Part shown: positions 56,497 through 64,000 of the stretch, piece after piece | Position numbering within the stretch: position 1 is the first letter of the stretch | Layout: each line of letters opens with the position of its first letter | Source: a virus | Reading direction: 5' to 3' (one strand) | Length of the DNA stretch: 64,000 nt | IMG/VR virus record: IMGVR_UViG_3300027244_000003 | The notes under the pieces: model-generated | What the model was told of the DNA's origin: nothing | Databases searched by the model: none | Seen by the model: the letters and a program-made list of their open reading frames with translations, nothing else | Program-made: the position numbers and the translations under genes

Positions 56497-56525
56497 TTGC
56501 TTTGCAAGAGCATATGGGGTATAAT
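56497..56525 (+). promoter_or_regulatory. Sigma70-type promoter of primase
   Basis: TTGCTT-N17-TATAAT; the ATG is 8 nt downstream, so the mRNA may be leaderless. Confidence 0.65.
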
Positions 56526-56533
56526 TACTCTAT

Positions 56534-57565
56534 ATGCTCTATATTGACAACAAATATGCACAAATCCTTGGCGGTCGTCTAAGGAACTTCACAAAGAAGA
56601 AAGACTATCTCTGGAACTTTTCATGTCCAGTGTGCGGAGATAGTTCAACCAACAAACTAAAAGCACGTGGTTACATCTTTCGTGCCAAAGCAGATCTTTT
56701 CGTAAAATGTCACAACTGTGGTTACAGTACCAATCTCGGTAACTTAATCAAGTATGTCGATACTAAGTTATATGATGAATATGTTCTTGAACGCTACAAA
56801 GGTGGCGCAACAAGATACAATGATCACAAAGACATTGCTGATACCAGTGTCACTCTAGAAACTCCCACAGAAGATTTACTCGAAGATGATATCTTATCAT
56901 CTCTCTCAAGAATTGATAAACTACCACTGACACACCCAGCAGTTAAGTATGTTATCGAACGAAAGATTCCACGTGAAAACTGGAGTCTTTTGTACTTTGC
57001 TCCGAAGTTTAAAGCATTCACCAATTCAGTGACTGCTAAATTCCAAGAGCCAATTAAGGATGAACATCCTCGTATGATCATTCCTTTCTTTACACCAGCA
57101 GGTAAGTGTTTTGCTTTTCAAGGCAGAGCATACGGTAAAGAAGAACCTAAGTATTATACCATTAAGGTTGATGAAACACAGGAGAAAATTTATGGACTCG
57201 ATCGCTTGGATTATAGCAAACGCATTTACGTGGTCGAAGGACCAATTGACTCGCTTTTCATACCGAATTGTGTGGCTGTGTCAGGAAGCAGTTTTGATAC
57301 CCCTACTATCAGGCAGTTACTTACTAATGCAACTTTAATAATGGATAATGAGCCAAGAAGTAAAGAGATTGTAAAACTTCTTGACAAAAATATAAAGGCA
57401 GGTTATTCTGTTTGTATGTTTCCAGAACATATCCAACAAAAAGATATAAATGATATATTTTTACATAGCGGAATGACCATAGATGAGATTTTAGAGACGA
57501 TAAATACAAATACCTTCACAGGTATTGAAGCGAGTCTTAAATTTAGTACATGGAAAAAAATATGA
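56534..57565 (+). CDS. gp61: DNA primase
   Basis: CPVCGDS/CHNC zinc finger, VEGPIDSLF, DNEPR, KDIND TOPRIM motifs. Confidence 0.95.
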   Translation: MLYIDNKYAQILGGRLRNFTKKKDYLWNFSCPVCGDSSTNKLKARGYIFRAKADLFVKCHNCGYSTNLGNLIKYVDTKLYDEYVLERYKGGATRYNDHKDIADTSVTLETPTEDLLEDDILSSLSRIDKLPLTHPAVKYVIERKIPRENWSLLYFAPKFKAFTNSVTAKFQEPIKDEHPRMIIPFFTPAGKCFAFQGRAYGKEEPKYYTIKVDETQEKIYGLDRLDYSKRIYVVEGPIDSLFIPNCVAVSGSSFDTPTIRQLLTNATLIMDNEPRSKEIVKLLDKNIKAGYSVCMFPEHIQQKDINDIFLHSGMTIDEILETINTNTFTGIEASLKFSTWKKI

Positions 57566-58230
57566 ATGTTAGAATGATTAGTTATAGTAAACCCTCTCGA
57601 GAGATGTATGATGAGGGTTTGTTAGATGTACAGGAGTTGGTTGCGTTCTGTGCACGTGTGAGCAATCCAAGTAACCAATTCAACACAGAGACATCAGAGA
57701 AGTTAATTAAGTATTTAATTAAACATCAACACTGGTCACCACTAGAGATGGTTAGTGCATGTTTAGAAATTGAAACTACTCGTGATATAGCAAGACAAAT
57801 GCTACGTCATCGATCTTTCTCTTTCCAAGAATTTAGCCAACGATATGCAGATCCAACCAAAGACTTATCTTTCGTTCTTAGAGAAGCCCGACTCCAAGAT
57901 ACGAAGAATCGTCAAAATAGCGTTGAGAATAATAATCTAGCATTGGCTGCATGGTGGGAAGAAAGGCAGAAGCGAGTTATTGAAGAAGCAAGAAATGCTT
58001 ATGACTGGGCAATTACCAACGGTATTGCCAAAGAACAAGCAAGAGCAGTACTACCAGAAGGACTGACTGTTTCTCGTTTGTACATGAATGGTACGTTGCG
58101 TAGCTGGATTCATTTTATCGAACTCCGATCTGCAAATGGTACACAAAAAGAACACCAAGAAGTCGCACGTGAGTGCGCAAAGGTAATTGCTGAGGTATTT
58201 CCTCTAGCAAATGAATTAGTAAAACTATAA
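57562..58230 (+). CDS. thyX: Flavin-dependent thymidylate synthase
   Basis: H.SPLE, RHRSFSFQEFSQRY signature, AKEQAR.VLP, TQKEH. Confidence 0.95.
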   Translation: MNVRMISYSKPSREMYDEGLLDVQELVAFCARVSNPSNQFNTETSEKLIKYLIKHQHWSPLEMVSACLEIETTRDIARQMLRHRSFSFQEFSQRYADPTKDLSFVLREARLQDTKNRQNSVENNNLALAAWWEERQKRVIEEARNAYDWAITNGIAKEQARAVLPEGLTVSRLYMNGTLRSWIHFIELRSANGTQKEHQEVARECAKVIAEVFPLANELVKL

Positions 58231-58248
58231 AGAATAACAGGGCAAGAT

Positions 58249-60042
58249 ATGGAAATTGTGCATGGCATAAAGGTTGACTACAACCGAGATAGTTTGTTTG
58301 ACGAGTTGGGTAGAATTAGATTAAAAGAAAGTTACATGAAGGATGATGAGGTAAGTCCACAAGAGAGATTTGCTTTTGTCAGTAAAACATTTGGGAGCAA
58401 TGAAGAACATGCGCAGAGATTATACGACTACAGTAGCAATCATTGGCTCAGTTATTCTACTCCCATTCTTTCTTTTGGTCGCAGTAAGCGTGGTCTGCCT
58501 ATATCATGTTTCCTTAATTATATTGAAGATACAGCGGAGGGTCTAGTTGATAATCTATCTGAAACAAATTGGCTTAGTATGTTGGGCGGTGGTGTTGGGA
58601 TTGGCTTTGGTATTCGTTCGGCTGACGATAAAAGTACTGGCGTTATGCCTCACCTCAAAATGTATGACGCATCTAGTTTGGCATACCGTCAGGGTCGCAC
58701 CCGTCGTGGCAGTTATGCTGCTTACTTATCTATTGACCATCCAGATATCATCAGTTTTTTAGAGATGCGCAAGCCTACAGGCGACCAAAACATGCGTACT
58801 CTAAACATGCACCATGGGATTAATATCCCAGATGCATTCATGGAAATCGTTGAAAAGTCAATGCTTGATTCTGATTTTGATGATTCTTGGAAATTGGTTG
58901 ATCCAGCGTCAAATGAAGTTCGTGAAACAGTTTCTGCAAAAGAACTTTGGCAACGCATTCTTGAAATGCGTATGATGACTGGTGAACCATATCTACACTT
59001 CATTGATGAGTCTAATCGTAAGATGCCTCAACACTTGAAAGATCTTGGATTAAAAATCAACCAGTCCAATCTCTGTTCGGAAATTATTCTTCCAACTAAT
59101 GAGAAGCGAACAGCTGTTTGTTGTTTGTCATCATTGAATTTGGAATACTATGATGAATGGAAAGATCATCCTTTATTCTTAAAAGATGTAGCTGAGATGC
59201 TTGATAATGTTCTTCAATATTTTATTGACCATGCACCATCTTCTATTAAACGTGCTAAGTATTCTGCACAGCGTGAACGCAGCATTGGTATTGGTGCATT
59301 AGGTTGGCATGCTTATCTTCAAAAGAATAATTTGCCATGGGAATCTCCGATGTCTGTTGGTAGAAACAAACAGATTTTCAAAACAATTAGGGAGAAATTA
59401 AATGAAGCGAATATTGAATTGGGTAAAGAGCGTGGAGAAGCACCAGATTGTGTGGGCACTGGATATAGGTTTAGTCATCTTATGGCTATTGCTCCCAATG
59501 CTTCTTCTTCCATTCTTATGGGGAATACTAGTCCTAGCATTGAACCTTATCGTGCCAATGCGTATCGACAAGATACTCTCTCAGGTTCTCACTTAAACAA
59601 GAATCGTTACCTTGATGTGGTTATTCAGAATGAATCAAAAACTCATAAAGAAGGTTGGGCAGACGAAGTATGGTCTAGTATCATTGCGAATGATGGTTCA
59701 GTTCAGCACCTCGATTGGATGGAAGACTGGACAAAAGATGTTTTCAAGACTTCTATGGAAATCGACCAGCGTTGGGTCGTTCAACATGCGTCCGACAGAC
59801 AAGAATATATTGACCAAGCACAATCGTTGAATGTGTTCTTTAGACCAGACAGTCATATCAAATACATCCATGCTGTGCATTTCCAAGCATGGAAACAAGG
59901 ATTAAAGACTATGTACTACTGTCGCAGTGATAAGATCGCCAAAGCAGATAAAGTATCTAAGCGTATCGAACGTGAGGTTATCAAAGAGATTGATCTTCAT
60001 GCACTAACAGAAGGTAATGATTGTCTGGCATGTGAGGGTTAA
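58249..60042 (+). CDS. nrdA: Ribonucleotide reductase class I alpha subunit
   Basis: ISCFL, SNLCSEI, VCCLSS, AIAPNASSS, YYCR, C-terminal CLACEG. Confidence 0.95.
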   Translation: MEIVHGIKVDYNRDSLFDELGRIRLKESYMKDDEVSPQERFAFVSKTFGSNEEHAQRLYDYSSNHWLSYSTPILSFGRSKRGLPISCFLNYIEDTAEGLVDNLSETNWLSMLGGGVGIGFGIRSADDKSTGVMPHLKMYDASSLAYRQGRTRRGSYAAYLSIDHPDIISFLEMRKPTGDQNMRTLNMHHGINIPDAFMEIVEKSMLDSDFDDSWKLVDPASNEVRETVSAKELWQRILEMRMMTGEPYLHFIDESNRKMPQHLKDLGLKINQSNLCSEIILPTNEKRTAVCCLSSLNLEYYDEWKDHPLFLKDVAEMLDNVLQYFIDHAPSSIKRAKYSAQRERSIGIGALGWHAYLQKNNLPWESPMSVGRNKQIFKTIREKLNEANIELGKERGEAPDCVGTGYRFSHLMAIAPNASSSILMGNTSPSIEPYRANAYRQDTLSGSHLNKNRYLDVVIQNESKTHKEGWADEVWSSIIANDGSVQHLDWMEDWTKDVFKTSMEIDQRWVVQHASDRQEYIDQAQSLNVFFRPDSHIKYIHAVHFQAWKQGLKTMYYCRSDKIAKADKVSKRIEREVIKEIDLHALTEGNDCLACEG

Positions 60043-60044
60043 TA

Positions 60045-60584
60045 ATGTTAGAAGGTATAAATCAGTGGGACTCTTTCTTCACAAAAGAAGAATATGATAA
60101 TGTTGACAAAGAACTATTAAATCATGAGTGGGTTTTTGGTGCCAGTCCCAATAATAATTTACTTGAAGGTAATAAGGTAAGACAATTCTGGTATAAAGAC
60201 TTGATGGAGTCTGAATATATTAAAGAGTTGTTTAGATTCAGAACAGAAGATTATCTAAATGCAAAAGTAGAGACAATGCGTCTCTACGCAAATGGACAAT
60301 CACATGGAATGGCAGGACATATACATGAGGATGTTCCACCAGATGAACCTGGAATTTGTGGTAGTATAGTATATTTCTTTCAGGCTGACTGGAAACCAGA
60401 ATATGGTGGGCATTTAATCTTCTTGTCACCAGAAGATCCAAACAGAGTGATGTTGTCAGTATTCCCGAGATCAAACTCCGCAGTTATATTCAACTCAAAG
60501 TTATCTCACATGGCATTCGATCCATCAGTATACTGTACAAATCAAAGAATAAGCATAGCATATAAATTTAGGGTAAAAGAATGA
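60045..60584 (+). CDS. 2OG-Fe(II) oxygenase (prolyl-hydroxylase-like)
   Basis: R.YANGQ, H.D, W..EYGG.L, F.S...H, R.SIAYK. Confidence 0.8.
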   Translation: MLEGINQWDSFFTKEEYDNVDKELLNHEWVFGASPNNNLLEGNKVRQFWYKDLMESEYIKELFRFRTEDYLNAKVETMRLYANGQSHGMAGHIHEDVPPDEPGICGSIVYFFQADWKPEYGGHLIFLSPEDPNRVMLSVFPRSNSAVIFNSKLSHMAFDPSVYCTNQRISIAYKFRVKE

Positions 60585-61573
60585 TAGCAAAAACAAAATC
60601 AAATCTAACAGATCAACGAACATATTTCAAACCATTTAATTATCCATGGGCTTATGACGCATGGTTAAAACATGAACAAAGTCATTGGCTTCATACAGAA
60701 GTTCCAATGGCTGAAGACGTTAAAGATTGGAAGAAAAAACTAACTAATGAAGAAAAACACTTCCTCACAAATATCTTTCGATTCTTTACACAGGGTGATA
60801 TCGACGTGGCTGGTGGCTATGTTAACAATTATCTACCTTACTTCCCTCAGCCTGAGATTCGTATGATGCTTATGGGGTTTGCTGCACGTGAAGCACTTCA
60901 CATTGCTGCTTACTCACATCTGATTGAAACTCTCGGCATGCCTGAATCCACTTACAATGAATTTCTTGAATATCAAGAGATGCGTGACAAGCATGATTAC
61001 GTTACAGAATTAAGTTCCAAGAATGGAACACTCTCTTCAACTGCAACCCACATTGCCGTGTTCAGTGCTTTCACTGAAGGGATGCAGTTGTTCTCTTCGT
61101 TCATCATGCTTCTTAACTTTCCTCGTCATGGTATGATGAAGGGAATGGGACAAATCGTTACTTGGTCTATCGTTGATGAAACAATGCACTCCGAGAATAT
61201 GATTCGTCTGTTCAAAGAGTTTATTAAAGAAAATAATGAAATCTGGAATGATGAACTAAAAGGAAAGATTTATACCATTGCTGAGAAGATGGTTGAACTT
61301 GAAGATAAATTCATCGATCTCTGTTATGCCAATGGTGATATGCGTGAACTTTCTGCAGCTGATGTCAAACAATATATTCGTTATATTGCTGATCGTAGAT
61401 TGATCAGTCTCGGCATGAAAGGTATCTACAAAGTCAAACGCAATCCATTACCATGGGTTGAAGAAATGATCAATGCGCCAGTGCATGGTAACTTCTTTGA
61501 GAATCGTGTGACAGATTATGCTAAAGGTGCTTTGTCTGGTAGCTGGAATGATGTATGGGGGAAAGCAGCATGA
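60581..61573 (+). CDS. nrdB: Ribonucleotide reductase class I beta subunit
   Basis: FFTQGDIDV, EALH..AY, EGMQLFSSF, DETMH, NFFE. Confidence 0.95.
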   Translation: MIAKTKSNLTDQRTYFKPFNYPWAYDAWLKHEQSHWLHTEVPMAEDVKDWKKKLTNEEKHFLTNIFRFFTQGDIDVAGGYVNNYLPYFPQPEIRMMLMGFAAREALHIAAYSHLIETLGMPESTYNEFLEYQEMRDKHDYVTELSSKNGTLSSTATHIAVFSAFTEGMQLFSSFIMLLNFPRHGMMKGMGQIVTWSIVDETMHSENMIRLFKEFIKENNEIWNDELKGKIYTIAEKMVELEDKFIDLCYANGDMRELSAADVKQYIRYIADRRLISLGMKGIYKVKRNPLPWVEEMINAPVHGNFFENRVTDYAKGALSGSWNDVWGKAA

Positions 61574-61719
61574 TAGTAAAACAATTTAATTGCAATCATT
61601 GCGATGCAGAAGGAAAGATAACAATAAAGGGTGATGACTTTAATTTCGAAGATATCGTTCATTGCCCACTATGTGGTTCTGACATTTATGAAGAAGAAGG
61701 GTTAGACGAGGATGAATAA
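61570..61719 (+). CDS. Small zinc-ribbon protein (49 aa)
   Basis: CNHC...CPLCG with an acidic tail; ATGA overlap with nrdB. Confidence 0.7.
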   Translation: MIVKQFNCNHCDAEGKITIKGDDFNFEDIVHCPLCGSDIYEEEGLDEDE

Positions 61720-61728
61720 ATATGTCTT

Positions 61729-62151
61729 ATGTGGACATATCAAAATATCATTGTTGAAGAATTACCCGAATGTGTTGGCTTTGTTTATTTAATTACGAAC
61801 AAAGCCAACAGTCGTATGTATGTGGGGAAGAAACTATCAAAGTTTTCTAAAACATCCTACAAAATGGTCACATTAAAAAATGGGACTAAGAAACGAAAGA
61901 AAATCAAATCTAAGATAGATTCTGATTGGTTAGATTATTATGGTTCCAGCGAAGAACTAAATAAAGATATACAGTCTCTGGGTAAGGAATCCTTTACTCG
62001 AGAGATTTTATTCTTTTGTAAATCAAAGGCTGAGTGTTCTTATATCGAGGCACGAGAGCAATTTGCAAGGAAAGTACTAGAGTCCGATGCATACTATAAT
62101 GGACAGATATCTGTTCGAGTGCATGGATCTCATATAAAAAATAAACTATGA
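61729..62151 (+). CDS. GIY-YIG endonuclease
   Basis: GFVY.ITN...YVGKK, YYGSS, F.REIL, E..Q, YYN; TAAATA core at 61715-61722. Confidence 0.85.
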   Translation: MWTYQNIIVEELPECVGFVYLITNKANSRMYVGKKLSKFSKTSYKMVTLKNGTKKRKKIKSKIDSDWLDYYGSSEELNKDIQSLGKESFTREILFFCKSKAECSYIEAREQFARKVLESDAYYNGQISVRVHGSHIKNKL

Positions 62152-63299
62152 CATATCTACTATTCGCAGTAGCATTATCCCTTTCAGCTGTTGCAGCATG
62201 GTACGCCATTGCTGGACTTTGCGCAATTTTTGCTGCAGCAGTGATACCGATTGCCATTATGGGTTCTCTGTTAGAAGCAGCAAAACTTGTAGTTGCATCA
62301 TGGCTTTATAGAAACTGGAATGAAATTCCAAAACTTATGAAGTCATATTTCACAGTATCATTAGTAATTTTGATGTTGTTAACTTCTATGGGTATCTTTG
62401 GTTTCTTATCAAAAGCCCACTTAGATCAAGCAATACCAACAGGTGATGTTCAATCAAAGTTAGCTCTCATAGATGAAAAGATAAAAACCGAAAAGGAGAA
62501 TATCAATGCAAGCCGTAAAGAACTTACTCAACTCGATGCTCAAGTGGATCAAACCCTCAGCAGAACAACCGAAGCCAGTGGAGCCGATCGTTCCATCTCC
62601 ATCCGCAGAGGACAGCAAAAAGACAGAGCCAGAATCCTTACCGAAATCGGTGCAGCGCAAACCAAGATCGCCAAGTACAACGAAGAACGTGCCCCGATCG
62701 CCAGCGAAGTCCGTAAAGTCGAAGCCGAAGTCGGTCCAATAAAATACATTGCTGCAGTATTGTATGGTGATAATCCAGAAACAGACATATTAGAAAAAGC
62801 TGTTCGTTTCGTTACAATGCTTATCGTAGTAGTGTTTGATCCACTGGCTGTACTATTATTGATAGCAGCAAACTGGAATCTTTCACGTAGTAATAAAAAA
62901 GAAATAATTGATGCTGGAACTTTACCTGCTGAAGAACCACCAAAAGATCATATTTTAAATATAGAAGATAATATCGAGTCTGAAGATAAAGTTACACCTA
63001 TTCAGACCGATACTATAACAGAAGAAGATCTTGCTGTAACAGAACAGACTCATACGAAAGATTGGGAGCCAGAGTTATTTAATACTCTCCCGAATACCTA
63101 CGTGACTCCTAAAGCAAATCACTTTATGACAAGCGTAAGAGAATTTCTTAAACCGAACAGAGATACTGCTCCAGGAGTTTCAGTTAAGACTATTGAGTAT
63201 GATTCTGCAGGAAGAAGGATTACTCCTACAACTGAAGAAGAACGAGCTAAAACTATAGAAAAAGAAGTGGAAGATTTGCAAGACAAAAAACCTAAATAG
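62148..63299 (+). CDS. Membrane protein with coiled coil
   Basis: Three N-terminal TM segments, GIFGFLSKAH, EVGPIKYIA, VFDPLAV. Confidence 0.75.
   Translation: MTYLLFAVALSLSAVAAWYAIAGLCAIFAAAVIPIAIMGSLLEAAKLVVASWLYRNWNEIPKLMKSYFTVSLVILMLLTSMGIFGFLSKAHLDQAIPTGDVQSKLALIDEKIKTEKENINASRKELTQLDAQVDQTLSRTTEASGADRSISIRRGQQKDRARILTEIGAAQTKIAKYNEERAPIASEVRKVEAEVGPIKYIAAVLYGDNPETDILEKAVRFVTMLIVVVFDPLAVLLLIAANWNLSRSNKKEIIDAGTLPAEEPPKDHILNIEDNIESEDKVTPIQTDTITEEDLAVTEQTHTKDWEPELFNTLPNTYVTPKANHFMTSVREFLKPNRDTAPGVSVKTIEYDSAGRRITPTTEEERAKTIEKEVEDLQDKKPK
62506..62742 (+). CDS. Probable overprinted small protein (+1 frame)
   Basis: AAGGAG 7 nt upstream of the ATG; local codon shift in the host gene; amphipathic N-terminus plus Pro/Lys-rich tail. 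Confidence 0.5.
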   Translation: MQAVKNLLNSMLKWIKPSAEQPKPVEPIVPSPSAEDSKKTEPESLPKSVQRKPRSPSTTKNVPRSPAKSVKSKPKSVQ

Positions 63300-63329
63300 A
63301 TCATAAGAATAACTATATGGGTTTAGCAA

Positions 63330-63887
63330 ATGGCAGAAATCAAAGTAGAAGCAAAACCTCTTTCTCGTTCTGAGAAAGAAGCACAAATCAAAGACAAAGC
63401 GGGGATGGTAATCTGCATTTTAGCAGCATTACTAGCCATCAACACACTTGTTGGTGGATCAAACTCAAGCAAAATCCTAAACAACACAATCGAAGCCAAC
63501 AACACTTGGGCATTTTATCAAGCAAAGTCTATTAAGCAGACTTTAGCAGAAATGGCATATGACGATGCAGTTCGTGCCAATGATAAGAAAAAGTCAGAAG
63601 TACTAAAAAGCAAAATTGACAGATATGAAACCGATCCAAAAACTGGAGAGGGTAAAGTTGAATTGATGGCAAAGGCTAGAGGATTAGAAGCTGAACGATC
63701 AGTAGCTAAACAGCGCAGTCCTTTCTATACTTACGCAGGCAGTTTACTACAAATAGCAATTGTTTTATTGACAGCTAGTATTCTAGCAGTTAATCAAAAT
63801 ATGTTTAAAGCCAGTGTTGCAGTCGGAGCACTTGGAGCCTTTATTATGTCTCAGGCAGTTTGGTTATGGATTCCATTGATGATTTAA
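63330..63887 (+). CDS. Membrane protein (DUF4337-like)
   Basis: W.FYQAKSIK, LLQIAIVL...S; CCTAAATA at 63291-63298. Confidence 0.7.
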   Translation: MAEIKVEAKPLSRSEKEAQIKDKAGMVICILAALLAINTLVGGSNSSKILNNTIEANNTWAFYQAKSIKQTLAEMAYDDAVRANDKKKSEVLKSKIDRYETDPKTGEGKVELMAKARGLEAERSVAKQRSPFYTYAGSLLQIAIVLLTASILAVNQNMFKASVAVGALGAFIMSQAVWLWIPLMI

Positions 63888-63905
63888 CATAATCAGGAGA
63901 ATGTT

Positions 63906-64000
63906 GTGGATCCGATTACTATTGGGTTGGCTTTTACTGCAGCCCAATCAGCAGTTGGTTACATCAAGCAAGCCATTGCATTGGGTAAGGACATAAACAG
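63906..64000 (+). CDS. Hypothetical protein, 3'-truncated (MDPITIGLAF...)
   Basis: AGGAG SD, GTG start, open to the window end. Confidence 0.55.
   Translation, partial: MDPITIGLAFTAAQSAVGYIKQAIALGKDIN

Noticed and set aside
33353-61573. Introns or inteins in gp43, gp41, nrdA, nrdB
   Set aside because: All are continuous ORFs of normal length with no intein motifs; the ORF between nrdA and nrdB is an oxygenase, not a homing nuclease.
61570-61719. LysW-type amino-group carrier for the modification pathway
   Set aside because: Zinc ribbon with acidic tail, but it lacks the C-terminal EDWGE motif and is far from the operon.
1-64000. Alternative genetic code / stop-codon reassignment
   Set aside because: Core genes are full length under the standard code, and TAA, TGA and TAG all occur as genuine stops.

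Overview
A 64-kb segment of a large, AT-rich T4-like myovirus genome. All credible genes are on the + strand. Spanins, sigma70-type promoters and IHF-consensus boxes point to a Gram-negative, probably proteobacterial, host (inference). The window starts with a tail/head module (gp18 to gp23, gp3), followed by uvsY, uvsW, gp55, gp47 and gp46. Next comes a promoter-rich block with a vWA-peptidase and CobS-like AAA pair, then the clamp/loader genes, regA and hsp20. A repeat-rich intergenic junction is followed by small early genes, ligase, DNA polymerase, GroES, thioredoxin, uvsX and the gp41 helicase. After these lie a candidate DNA base-hypermodification operon, a late block of His-rich proteins, spanins, primase, thyX, nrdA/nrdB, a GIY-YIG nuclease and membrane proteins. 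The best candidate for a new system is 40326-45014: a TET/JBP-like dioxygenase, a stand-alone class II glutamine amidotransferase/Ntn-hydrolase, a GNAT-like protein, an aGPT-Pplase/amino acid:DNA transferase-like protein and a P-loop kinase. Together they suggest post-replicative pyrimidine oxidation followed by an unknown hypermodification. The second candidate is 47182-53837, a set of probable capsid-packaged proteins including a His-rich polyprotein punctuated by prohead-protease-like sites. Also notable are two probable overprinted genes, an IHF/palindrome promoter element, an antisense promoter and a structured leader upstream of hsp20. No tRNA, rRNA or CRISPR array was recognised. All family assignments come from motif recognition by eye, not database searches.
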